DNA of 64,000 nucleotides, taken from the IMG/VR virus record IMGVR_UViG_3300005613_000028, positions 1-64,000 of that record; one strand, written 5' to 3'. Every line of letters starts with the position of its first letter. The first letter of the stretch is position 1. The position numbers and the translations under genes are program-made. The notes beneath the pieces were generated by a model that saw nothing but the letters and a program-made list of their open reading frames with translations, was not told the DNA's origin and ran no database searches. Source of the stretch: a virus. Positions 1 through 9,042 of this stretch are shown piece by piece.

Positions 1-815
1 GTGATACTACTGGTTCTTTTTCTTTTTGGGTAAATATGAATTCTGAACAGAATGGTAATATTTTTTGTTTTGGAGATACTAATACAGATAACTATTTACG
101 TTGCACTATTTATAGTAATAATACAATGGTTCTTTATTTTGGTTATACTGGTGGTATTGGCGCATATTGGTATAAGGAAAATATAGCTTTTAATGCTCAA
201 TCAACTTGGAAACACGTTGCTATTGTTCAAGATGGAACAGCAGTTAAGCTATATATTGATGGAAGTTTAAATTGTACTTTAAATACTGGTGACGACTTAA
301 CAGCTTGGTTTGCTGATTGCTCTGGTATTGACAATGGCAGAATTGGCTGTGCGAATTATAATAATAATGGAAATGTTACATTTTTAAATGGTAAATTAGA
401 TGATTTTAGATATTATAGTGGTACTGCTCTTTCTTCTAATGATGTTTCAGCAATTTATAATTCTGGTTCTGGAACAGAAGATGATAAACCTGCTGGAGAA
501 ATAAATAATATGACTTTAATCTCAGATACTTTTATAGCTGAATCAGCACCAGATAATGGTAGAATAGTTATATTAGAGGAAGATGTTGATGCGGTTACAT
601 TAAATACAGATTTAAAAGCATATATGAGTATAGATGGTGGAAGTAACTGGCATCAAGGCACATTATCCGACGAGGGTGATTATGATACTGATAAACGAAT
701 ATTGACAGCAGAATTTGATGTTTCTGATGAAACAGATACAGATATTGAATATAAATTAGAAACTTTGAATAATAAAGATTTGAAATTACATGGAACAGCA
801 TTAAGTTGGGATTAA
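1..815 (+). CDS. LamG/concanavalin-A-like domain virion protein, 5' end cut by window edge
   Basis: Track ORF 36..815, but the same frame stays open back to nt 3 (..DTTGSFSFWVN before the first Met), so the gene probably starts upstream of the window. 'GKLDDFRYYSGTALSSNDVSAIYNSG' is a typical LamG (Laminin_G_3-type) terminal motif. Similar domains occur in 5289..7286 and 20063..22729. Confidence 0.6.
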   Translation, partial: DTTGSFSFWVNMNSEQNGNIFCFGDTNTDNYLRCTIYSNNTMVLYFGYTGGIGAYWYKENIAFNAQSTWKHVAIVQDGTAVKLYIDGSLNCTLNTGDDLTAWFADCSGIDNGRIGCANYNNNGNVTFLNGKLDDFRYYSGTALSSNDVSAIYNSGSGTEDDKPAGEINNMTLISDTFIAESAPDNGRIVILEEDVDAVTLNTDLKAYMSIDGGSNWHQGTLSDEGDYDTDKRILTAEFDVSDETDTDIEYKLETLNNKDLKLHGTALSWD

Positions 816-826
816 GGAGATAGAAT

Positions 827-967
827 ATGAAACGACTTATATCAGATAAACAAAGAGAACTTATTAAAAATAGTAAGTCATATAAAGGAAAAAAAGTAGC
901 ATCTTTAAGCCAAACTGACAAAGATGCTTTATTAGAATTAGTTGCAAAAAAATTAAATTTACTTTAA
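827..967 (+). CDS. small hypothetical protein (46 aa), below ORF-track cutoff
   Basis: ATG at 827 lies 7 nt after AAGGAG (814-819). Translation MKRLISDKQRELIKNSKSYKGKKVASLSQTDKDALLELVAKKLNLL, stop 965-967. It fills an otherwise empty gap in the + strand operon. Confidence 0.45.
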   Translation: MKRLISDKQRELIKNSKSYKGKKVASLSQTDKDALLELVAKKLNLL

Positions 968-988
968 TACTTTTAAAGGAGAATTCAA

Positions 989-1216
989 ATGGGAAGAAAT
1001 ATTGATATTTTATCAGGAGTTTCAATAAATAATATGGATGAAGGTGGTTCTTATGATTATTATGGTTATTCTCGGTCTGAAGGTTCTTGGGTTATTATGA
1101 GAAAAAATTCAGCAGGGACAGAACTGACTTATGCTGTTGGAGGTTCTGATTATTCTACAGCGTGGACTGCTAGAGCTTCACAGAGTTATAAAAGAGCAGA
1201 TGAGTTTGATTATTAA
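989..1216 (+). CDS. hypothetical protein (75 aa) directly upstream of large terminase
   Basis: AAAGGAG precedes the ATG. The position is where a small terminase subunit might sit, but no motif supports that role. Confidence 0.5.
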   Translation: MGRNIDILSGVSINNMDEGGSYDYYGYSRSEGSWVIMRKNSAGTELTYAVGGSDYSTAWTARASQSYKRADEFDY

Positions 1217-1231
1217 TAGAAGGAGTTAATT

Positions 1232-2875
1232 TTGTTATATGAGCCTTTGACAGATGCTGAACTTCAATTCATGGAATCTTGGTATGATCCAACAATTATG
1301 ACTGAATGTTTAATTCCTGAAAATATAAAAGCTCCTCATCTTTGGAAATCGGAAGATGTTAAATTAATTAGGTTACGGAATTATCAATTTGCCATGCAGA
1401 ATTATTCTTACCTGTATGCAGATGATGATGAATTAACTAGTAAAGAGAATTTTCAAAATAAAAAAAATGCAGGAAAACTTATAAATGTTGCAAGCAGAAA
1501 TATTGGTAAGTCGCTCCTATTAATAATAGATGCTTTTTTAAATTTGATTCATGGTGAAGCAAGTGAAAGTTGTGTTTCTTCTTTTGATTTTAAACATTTG
1601 AAGAAAATCTGTACTCCAATTGCAACTTTAGCGAATTATCATCCGTTCTTTAAAATATTTAAACGCAAGGGAAAACAAAATGTCCGTTTTACAGGTGGAG
1701 GAATGGAAATTGATACTTTATCTGGTCATGTTATGTATGGAAAGAATGAAAAGGTTGAAGGTAATGACCCAGGAACTGATTTTCATGGTCTTCATGCTAA
1801 GTGGTGGGCAATAGAAGAAGCTAGTTATCTTTCTAGAGAAGGAACTGAAAAAAGAATTGATTCAGTTCATAGTGAAGGTTGTATTGAAAGGGTTTCTGGA
1901 ATTCCTGACATTAGAATAGATTCTCCTTTAGGAGAAATTATGGCGAATTCTAAAAACAAACCTTATATTTGTAATCTTCCGCAATTTGTGAGACAAGATT
2001 TTGACGAAGAAACTAAAGCGGAAATGATTGAAAAATATAATGGAGAATTTTCATATGGATTTAAATTGAACGTCTTAGGTGAAGTGATTGAAGGTGCTCA
2101 AGGTTTTTGGGATATGGAACGATTAAGAAGAATGACTCGTTATGGAAAAACAGGAACTAAAGTTAAATTTTTTGAAATAGATAAAAAGAAATATCATAGA
2201 TTAGATGAGGTTTTAGTTATTGATAGAGTACCTTGCCAATCTTGTTACATTAGCTCAGATATAGGCACAACTGGTTCTCCTTCTGAAATAATTATTGTTT
2301 TCTTTGATGGTGAAAAATATAAATATCATTATAATATTGCTCTTTATAAATTAACGACTCATGAACAAGCTAATGTATTCAAATGGATTTATGATAGATT
2401 AGGTGGAGCTTTTATAGCTCTTGATGCCACAAATTCAGATGGTAGGTCTATCTTAGATGAATTAAACAGAATGGGAGTCCCACAAGATGATTTGACTTCT
2501 GTTAGATTTAATAAAAATATTGAAGTAGATTTTTTGAAAGATAAAAAAACAGGCCAAGTCTTAAAGGATAAACAAGGTAAACCTTTAATGAAGGAAGAAA
2601 ACACTTTAGATTGGGCTATGGTGCGGATGGAAAAATTATTTTATGAAGGTTTAATTGAAATACCGCAACAAGAAAAATTTATTGCAAATTTTAGTAATTT
2701 TATAATGAAACAGACTGGTATGAGAAGGTCTTATGGAAGTTTAACTGGTGACGACCATCTTCACCAATCGTGGCAAGTATTTTCAATATGCCAATTTCAA
2801 AATGAATTTAGACAACAAGTAGCAAAGCCAAGACGTAAGAGATGTTTAGGAACTTTTAAAACTAAGGGAGATTAA
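1232..2875 (+). CDS. terL: terminase large subunit
   Basis: TTG start after AAGGAG. Walker A-like 'ASRNIGKS', Walker B-like 'WWAIEEA'. C-terminal RNaseH-like nuclease acidic motifs 'SSDIGTTGSPSEIIIVF', 'ALDATNSDG' and 'GDDHLHQS'. Immediately followed by the portal gene. Confidence 0.8.
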   Translation: MLYEPLTDAELQFMESWYDPTIMTECLIPENIKAPHLWKSEDVKLIRLRNYQFAMQNYSYLYADDDELTSKENFQNKKNAGKLINVASRNIGKSLLLIIDAFLNLIHGEASESCVSSFDFKHLKKICTPIATLANYHPFFKIFKRKGKQNVRFTGGGMEIDTLSGHVMYGKNEKVEGNDPGTDFHGLHAKWWAIEEASYLSREGTEKRIDSVHSEGCIERVSGIPDIRIDSPLGEIMANSKNKPYICNLPQFVRQDFDEETKAEMIEKYNGEFSYGFKLNVLGEVIEGAQGFWDMERLRRMTRYGKTGTKVKFFEIDKKKYHRLDEVLVIDRVPCQSCYISSDIGTTGSPSEIIIVFFDGEKYKYHYNIALYKLTTHEQANVFKWIYDRLGGAFIALDATNSDGRSILDELNRMGVPQDDLTSVRFNKNIEVDFLKDKKTGQVLKDKQGKPLMKEENTLDWAMVRMEKLFYEGLIEIPQQEKFIANFSNFIMKQTGMRRSYGSLTGDDHLHQSWQVFSICQFQNEFRQQVAKPRRKRCLGTFKTKGD

Positions 2876-2877
2876 AA

Positions 2878-4503
2878 ATGAGTGTACACTCAGATTATAT
2901 TTGGAAAGAAAGAATAAACGCTATATTAAGTGGAAGAAAAGATATTCATGTAGCTACTGATTTTCATTCTCAAGTTGACCAAATTAATTCTGTAGCTAAG
3001 AATGATGTTTCAGCCTTATTAGTTACTATGATTAATTTTATGGTTGAAAGTGCTACTGTTGATTATAGATTTGAGACTGGTAATACTAATTTTAATGAAA
3101 TCTTAGTTAATTGGAAAAAATCTCTTAATAAAAATATTAACCCTGATATTCCAAGAGGCTTACGTTCTGTTTCACAACAATATTTTAAAGAAAGATATAA
3201 TTCTTCTTTAATAGTTCTGAATATTCAATGGGGTTATGTTGATGATTATAAAGTTCCGATTAATATGTGGTTTACTGATGGTGGTCAAGTTATTGTTGAT
3301 GGTGATGAAAGTAAATTTGGTGGATATAAATATTTAGTAGGAAGAAATAAACCAAAGCCTATTTTAACGAATAAAACTAAAACTTTTATTGTTAGAAAGC
3401 CTTTTGAACAACTTTATACTAAATATCCAACACCTTATTTAGTGAAAAGAGGAGCTCTTTACCATGCTTTAGTTAAAAAAGCGATTTTAGGAAAACAAGC
3501 AGATTTAATAAATTCCATTGTGCCACATATTTTATTAGCTAAAGTAGGTAGTGACCAATTATCACAATCAGGTGAAGCTCCTACGGAATCTGAATTAATT
3601 GACCTTAAAGATGAAGTTAGAAAAATGACTCAACAATATGACCAGAATGAAATTTCTGGAAAAAATATTGGAGCGTTTCCTCATGATGTATCTTTAGAAA
3701 ATTTAATTCCTGATTTAACTAAATTTTTAAATTCTACTGTGCTTAATCCTTCAGATAAAAATATTTTAGCTTCATTAGGTTTAATAGAGTTAGAAGGGTT
3801 TTCGAAGAGTCGTCAAGAAACAATTTTAAATCCTAAAGTTATGGTTGAAGAGGTTGTTGATGCTGTATTAGATTGGCGAGAAATGCTTAATGAAATTAGT
3901 TTAGAGATAGTTGAAAGAAATAAAAAACGACATCCTAAAATTGACAAGGATATTAAAGTGATTCCTGGGGTTATTAAATCTTTCTTAACTAATGATGATA
4001 AAGTTCTTATTCGGTCTGCTTTTGATAGAGGTACAATAGGGCATCAAGATTTTACTGAAATTCTTCCTTTTGATTTTGAAACTACATTACAAAGAAGAAT
4101 TCAAGAAAGAGATTTAGGAATTGACGATATTTTATACCCTCACATTATTATGAATCAAGAAGCTGTGGCTGATGATAAAACGCCAGAAGAGATTAAAGAA
4201 GAAAGTCCAGAGAAAAAAAAGACAGAGAAAGATATAGAAGCTTCTACTAGCGAGATTGAGGATTTTACGAAGTTTGGAAGAGTAAAGGAATATGTAGAAG
4301 CTCCTTATGATAATATTGACCAACTTCCTGAGAATATAAAAAATGTTTTACCTATTGGGGCTCAGATAATTTGGTTAAATGCGTTTAATTCTGCATTGGA
4401 AGATGGTAAAAGTGAAGATTCTGCACGAAAAATAGCTTGGTCTGCTGTAAAAGAGAAATATCGTAAACCAAAAGGTAAAGAGAAAAAGTGGCAGAAAAAG
4501 TAA
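2878..4503 (+). CDS. portal protein with C-terminal ChaB-like domain
   Basis: 541-aa ORF directly after terL. The last ~60 aa 'LPENIKNVLPIGAQIIWLNAFNSALEDGKSEDSARKIAWSAVKEKYRK' closely follow the ChaB pattern (LP..v...LP.hAQ.i...AFNsA......e..A..vAW.AVK..Y.K). Confidence 0.7.
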   Translation: MSVHSDYIWKERINAILSGRKDIHVATDFHSQVDQINSVAKNDVSALLVTMINFMVESATVDYRFETGNTNFNEILVNWKKSLNKNINPDIPRGLRSVSQQYFKERYNSSLIVLNIQWGYVDDYKVPINMWFTDGGQVIVDGDESKFGGYKYLVGRNKPKPILTNKTKTFIVRKPFEQLYTKYPTPYLVKRGALYHALVKKAILGKQADLINSIVPHILLAKVGSDQLSQSGEAPTESELIDLKDEVRKMTQQYDQNEISGKNIGAFPHDVSLENLIPDLTKFLNSTVLNPSDKNILASLGLIELEGFSKSRQETILNPKVMVEEVVDAVLDWREMLNEISLEIVERNKKRHPKIDKDIKVIPGVIKSFLTNDDKVLIRSAFDRGTIGHQDFTEILPFDFETTLQRRIQERDLGIDDILYPHIIMNQEAVADDKTPEEIKEESPEKKKTEKDIEASTSEIEDFTKFGRVKEYVEAPYDNIDQLPENIKNVLPIGAQIIWLNAFNSALEDGKSEDSARKIAWSAVKEKYRKPKGKEKKWQKK

Positions 4504-4549
4504 GTTAATGAAAATCGTGGGCTAACGCCCTTTAAAAAGGATATAAATA

Positions 4550-4597
4550 ATGGCAAATTTTTTAATACCTTATACAACATCAGTAAAACTATTATGA
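4550..4597 (+). other. 15-aa leader mini-ORF that repeats the first codons of gene 5289..7286
   Basis: ATGGCAAATTTTTTAATA (MANFLI) after AAAGGA, compared with ATGGCGAACTTTATCATA (MANFII) at 5289. Its TGA overlaps the ATG of the endonuclease gene (ATGA at 4594-4597). Confidence 0.4.
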
Positions 4598-5289
4598 AAC
4601 GAAATCAAAAAGGGCAATTTATTAAAGGTCACAGACCATATAATAAAGGAACAGCAAAGAATGTCTATTGTATTAATTGTGGAAAACAATTAAAAAATCA
4701 TAAGGCTATCAGATGTCAAGCATGTGCTACAAAATTTAGATGGAAATATAAAGAGTATAAAGAAAAAGTAAGTAAAAAAATTAGTTCTGGAAAAAAAGGT
4801 ATTAAATTTACTGAAGAACATAAAAGAAATATTTCTAAATCTAAACTCGGACATATTCCTTATAATAAAGGAAAACATATTCAAACTAATACTGGAAGAA
4901 CACATTTTAAAAAAGGTTCTAAAATTAATTTAGGTCGAAAAAGACCAGATATGTTAGGTAAAAATAATCATAATTATGGAAAAGTTTTTAAACCATTTTG
5001 GGGTAAATATCAAAATATTAATATGCGGTCTGGTTGGGAAATTGGATATGCAAAATATTTAAATAAAAATAATATTAAGTGGGAATATGAACCAAAAACC
5101 TTTGACTTAGGAAATACAACATATACTCCAGATTTTTATTTACCTGAATCTAATGGTTATATTGAGATAAAAGGTTATTTAACTGAAGAAGCCAAACAAA
5201 AAATAGAGAAATTTTTAGATATATATAAACAAATAAATTTTAAACTTTTAAAATCAAAAGAATTGAAAAAAATTGGGGTAATTACATAA
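4594..5289 (+). CDS. free-standing homing endonuclease-like protein (Zn ribbon, NUMOD3 repeats, C-terminal PD-(D/E)XK nuclease)
   Basis: 'CINCGKQ..CQAC' Zn ribbon. NUMOD3-like 'FTEEHKRNISKSKLGHIPYNKGKH', 'GHRPYNKGT' and 'GKNNHNYGK'. C-terminal 'YTPDFYLPESNGYIEIKGY' is a PD..(E)xK nuclease motif. It sits between the portal and a structural gene. Confidence 0.7.
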   Translation: MKRNQKGQFIKGHRPYNKGTAKNVYCINCGKQLKNHKAIRCQACATKFRWKYKEYKEKVSKKISSGKKGIKFTEEHKRNISKSKLGHIPYNKGKHIQTNTGRTHFKKGSKINLGRKRPDMLGKNNHNYGKVFKPFWGKYQNINMRSGWEIGYAKYLNKNNIKWEYEPKTFDLGNTTYTPDFYLPESNGYIEIKGYLTEEAKQKIEKFLDIYKQINFKLLKSKELKKIGVIT

Positions 5290-7286
5290 TGGCGAACTTT
5301 ATCATAGACTATAATAATTCTAGCGAATATCAATTTGATTCTGATAAGATTGAAGTAGATTCTGGGTTAGCTAAATTAAAAGATTTAGTATCCGCAGAAG
5401 AAACCTTTTATGCTAATTATAATACCAATATAAATGGGAATCGAGGTAATGGTGTTTTAACTGGAACTGCTTATGGTGGAGCTTCTGTTAGTGGTGGTAA
5501 GTTAGATTTAGCCCACAGTGATGAACGATATGTTGATTATTCTGCAGTAGGAAATGCAGACAGTCAACAAGTGGGTTGTGTTAGATTTAAGGTGGCTATG
5601 AATTATTCTGGTGCGCCTGGAAGAGATAGATGGTTATTTTGTATAGCAAAATCAAATAATGATATAAAAAATGTAATACAGTTAAGACATTCAAAATCTG
5701 GAGCCTATTTAAGATTACATATGTATGATAAAGATGGTGTACAAATAGTAGAGCATCTTTGTGGCCAATTTCTACCAGTCGCAGGAACGGAATATGAAAT
5801 TGAAGTTAATTGGGATTTAACAACTGGTGCAACAAGATTATTTGTAAATGGTATTCAAAATGGTTCAACATACTCTGGTACAGCTTTAAGAGATTCTAAT
5901 ATAGGGCTTTTAAGAATAGGAAGTGATTATGATGCAGGAGGTATAGATTCAAATTTTACAATAGATGATTTTCAAGTTTTTTCAGATGTTCAACATACAA
6001 CAAATTATACACCTGAATCTCCATCTGAAATTAAATATGCAGATGATTCTCCGACTATTTATAAAACTTTGGGTGATGGAATTGCTAATATTGCAGAATG
6101 GCCAACTTTTACTGAAACTTTAGGAGCAGGGAATGAAGGTTCTGTTAAATATCAAATTTCTGAAGATGGTTCTAATTGGTATTATTGGAACGGAAGTTCT
6201 TGGATTTCGGCAGGAGTTTCAGATTATAATACTTATTCTGAAATTAATGTTAATATAGATGAATTTTCAACTTCAGCTAATAAAATTTATGTTAAAGCTT
6301 TTTTAATTTCTGATGGAAGCCAAAAAATTGAATTGGATTTAAATGAAGTTGGTTATATTATAAATACAGCACCAATTCTTTATGCAGGAACCGATAAAAC
6401 TGCAATTTATAATACAAGTATGATTCCTTTTTCAGATTGTACCTTTTCTGATGCTGAAGGAAATATAGTAAAAGCAGAATGGAAAGTTGAGGGTGGAATT
6501 TATGTAGAAATTCCACAAGGAGCATATGGTACTTTATTAGAAGCAGTCCAAGCTTTTTCAAATGCCTTTACTCATAGTGGAAATAAAAATGTATATCTTA
6601 AAATTACAGATTTTTATGACGAAGTTTCAGAAGATTATTTAGTAGTTAATGTAGACAGAGTTACTGTAACTGTTAATATTGAAGATTCTGATAGTTATGA
6701 TTTAAGTAATGTAACATTTACACCTGGCGATGGCCAATCTAGTACAGTGCAAAATAGTCCATTTTCTTTTACATATAAAATTGGTTCTTGGAGTTCAACT
6801 TGCGCTAAGACAGGTTATTTAGATAAATCACAATCTGTTACAATTACTATAGCAACTACTTCTATTGATATTACTATGATAGAAAAAACACCTATTTCAA
6901 GTATGAATATTTCTTTAGATTGGCCTTTACAAATAGCAATAGGAGATTCAATTAATATTCCTTGTCAAGTTAATGGAGATTTAACTGGATATGGGATTAG
7001 ATGTGAAATATATGATAAAGCTGGTACTGAATTAAAATTAGCTAACACTACAGCAGGTGGTTCAGATTCTGAAATTTCTGATACACTTTTAACTAATGGA
7101 AAATTTTTAATTCAATTAGCAGAAGGTCAAACTGATGATTTTGGTAGAGTTTTAGAACAGGAATATTCACAAATAATAAAGGCTTGGATAGAGATAGAAT
7201 TAGAAGATACTGATAGTGATAAATATACTATTTATAAAAAATCCTTCAATTTAATTCAACAAGGATTAGATTGGGATACAATTTAA
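5289..7286 (+). CDS. LamG-domain plus Ig/PKD-like-domain virion decoration or fibre protein
   Basis: N-terminal 'GGKLDLAHSDERYVDYS..VGCVRFKV..GTEYEIEVNWD..TRLFVNG..LLRIGSDYD..IDDFQVFS' matches the LamG strand pattern. A beta-rich, Ig-like region follows ('APILYAGTDKTAIYNTSMIPFSDCTFSDAEGNIVKAEWKVEGG'). Confidence 0.6.
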   Translation: MANFIIDYNNSSEYQFDSDKIEVDSGLAKLKDLVSAEETFYANYNTNINGNRGNGVLTGTAYGGASVSGGKLDLAHSDERYVDYSAVGNADSQQVGCVRFKVAMNYSGAPGRDRWLFCIAKSNNDIKNVIQLRHSKSGAYLRLHMYDKDGVQIVEHLCGQFLPVAGTEYEIEVNWDLTTGATRLFVNGIQNGSTYSGTALRDSNIGLLRIGSDYDAGGIDSNFTIDDFQVFSDVQHTTNYTPESPSEIKYADDSPTIYKTLGDGIANIAEWPTFTETLGAGNEGSVKYQISEDGSNWYYWNGSSWISAGVSDYNTYSEINVNIDEFSTSANKIYVKAFLISDGSQKIELDLNEVGYIINTAPILYAGTDKTAIYNTSMIPFSDCTFSDAEGNIVKAEWKVEGGIYVEIPQGAYGTLLEAVQAFSNAFTHSGNKNVYLKITDFYDEVSEDYLVVNVDRVTVTVNIEDSDSYDLSNVTFTPGDGQSSTVQNSPFSFTYKIGSWSSTCAKTGYLDKSQSVTITIATTSIDITMIEKTPISSMNISLDWPLQIAIGDSINIPCQVNGDLTGYGIRCEIYDKAGTELKLANTTAGGSDSEISDTLLTNGKFLIQLAEGQTDDFGRVLEQEYSQIIKAWIEIELEDTDSDKYTIYKKSFNLIQQGLDWDTI

Positions 7287-7311
7287 AATAAATTTAAAGA
7301 GGAATTAAATA

Positions 7312-9009
7312 ATGAGAGAAATTTTAAAGGCAAGAATTACACAAACTTCAAATTCAGAAGAATTAATTAATCTAGCAAAATCAAGAGGGATAATTTTACC
7401 TTCTGATTATTTAGGAGCGTTTAAAACAGTTTATGCAAGGTTAGAGGATTCTAATAAAAATGGGGTCAGACTTGCTACTGATGCTGTAGAAAAAGCTTTA
7501 CAAACATTGATAGGTGCTCAAGTGAATATTAATCATTGGCGGCAAAACTGGACAGTCGGTAGCATTTTTTGGGCTAAGATTAATAAAAATGATGAGATCG
7601 AAGTAGCGTTTACATTTTTCAAAGATGTATACCCTGATGAATATGAATTAGCTATGGAATTATTTGCCAAAGGAGAATTAACAGTCTCCTTTGAGTTAAC
7701 AGCCGACCAAGAAGCACAAGAATTTCATGCAGATGGTACTCGCACTCTACATGATGTTCATTTTGTTGGCTGTGGTCTTTTGCTAAATGAAACACCTGCA
7801 GAGCCCACTGCAATAGTGTTTGAATCTGCTAAAAGACAGATTAAGGAACTTGTTACCCTTTCAACTGGAGATTTAGTGTTTGCAAAATCGGAGAATATTA
7901 ATTTTGATGCTCTTAAAGAAGTTATTAGAGCGACACTTAGACCAGATGATATAAAACAAGACGAACAAAGTCAGATTAACCCTGAAATTGAAGGAGGAAG
8001 TAAGCTCATGGAGGAAACTAAAAAGAAGGAAACTTTAGAGGAAGCTACTGAAGAAGTAAAGGCTCAATCTGAAGAATCTTCTGAAGTTGAATCTAAAGAG
8101 ACATCTGATGAACAAGCACAATCTTATACCTGTGAATGTCTGGAATGTGGTAAAAAAGTTGAATCATCTGAACATTGTAAGGACATTAAATGCCCTGAAT
8201 GTGGAGGAGAGATGAGACGAGAAGATAGACCAGGTGAAGGTGCAAATGTCGATGAAAAAGCTGAAGCAGAATCTGTAAAGAAAGACGCTGAAGAAAAAGT
8301 CGAGGAAGAACCAAAGGAAGAATCAACTGAAGCCAAAGAAGAGAAATCTGAAGAGGTTACAGAAGAGAAGCCAGAGGTTGAAGAGAAAGCTGAAGATGTT
8401 TCTGAAGAAAAAGCAGAAACAGAGTCTGACGAAGCTAAAGTAGAATACAAAAGAGAAGTAAATCAAGTTGTCAAAGAGACTTATGATGAAAATGAAACTA
8501 AAGTTGAAGCTGACAGTGAGATTACGGAAACTGTTGTTGTTGATGGTAAACCTGCAGGTAAAACTGTAGAAAAAACTAAGACAGAAGTTGTATATACTCA
8601 AGCTGAAGTGGAAGCAATGCGGAGTGATTATGAAACTAAAATTGCTGACCTCGAAGAGGCTCTGAAAGAAAAAGATTCTGAAATAGAATCTGCTAAAGAA
8701 ACTGCTATTAAAGTTACTGAACTGAAAGCAGAACTTGGAGATTATGTTGCGGATTTTAAGGAAGAAGATTTTCTCAATGAAGATAAAGTTGAGATTGCTA
8801 GACTTCGGAAGGAAAACGATGTTTTGAAGACTAAAGATTCTAAAGAAGAAAAAGTTGAAGAAGCTCAAGTGGAAAAAGAAGAAGTAGAAGCAAGTCTTGA
8901 AGAGAAAGTAGATTTGGATAATGGTCATGAAGAAATTGAGGCCAAAGATGAATCTACATCTTTAAGTGATGTAATAAAAAATAGAATGAAAGAAACTAAA
9001 GAAGTATAA
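7312..9009 (+). CDS. prohead protease-like N-domain fused to a Zn ribbon and an acidic coiled-coil scaffold
   Basis: Located just upstream of the capsid gene. N-terminal 'NINHWRQNWTVGSIFWAKINKNDEIEV' and 'AKGELTVSFELTA' resemble the His and Ser blocks of HK97-type (S78) prohead proteases. CxxC..CxxC at 8131-8202 ('CECLECGKK..CPECGGE'). The C-terminal ~300 aa are E/K-rich coiled coil. Confidence 0.55.
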   Translation: MREILKARITQTSNSEELINLAKSRGIILPSDYLGAFKTVYARLEDSNKNGVRLATDAVEKALQTLIGAQVNINHWRQNWTVGSIFWAKINKNDEIEVAFTFFKDVYPDEYELAMELFAKGELTVSFELTADQEAQEFHADGTRTLHDVHFVGCGLLLNETPAEPTAIVFESAKRQIKELVTLSTGDLVFAKSENINFDALKEVIRATLRPDDIKQDEQSQINPEIEGGSKLMEETKKKETLEEATEEVKAQSEESSEVESKETSDEQAQSYTCECLECGKKVESSEHCKDIKCPECGGEMRREDRPGEGANVDEKAEAESVKKDAEEKVEEEPKEESTEAKEEKSEEVTEEKPEVEEKAEDVSEEKAETESDEAKVEYKREVNQVVKETYDENETKVEADSEITETVVVDGKPAGKTVEKTKTEVVYTQAEVEAMRSDYETKIADLEEALKEKDSEIESAKETAIKVTELKAELGDYVADFKEEDFLNEDKVEIARLRKENDVLKTKDSKEEKVEEAQVEKEEVEASLEEKVDLDNGHEEIEAKDESTSLSDVIKNRMKETKEV

Positions 9010-9042
9010 CTATTAATATAAATTCCAAGGAGGAATTAAATA

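Noticed and set aside
8124-8928. Track ORFs 8124..8450 (-) and 8323..8928 (-), the latter 201 aa
   Set aside because: They lie antisense to the E/K-rich scaffold region. Their F/S-rich low-complexity translations are the mirror image of GAA/AAA-rich codons, and they have no SD. I treat them as artefacts.
8230-8930. E/K-rich scaffold region considered as a DNA tandem repeat
   Set aside because: It is compositionally biased (GAA/AAA/GAG), but I could not find exact or near-exact repeat units. It is low complexity rather than a repeat array.
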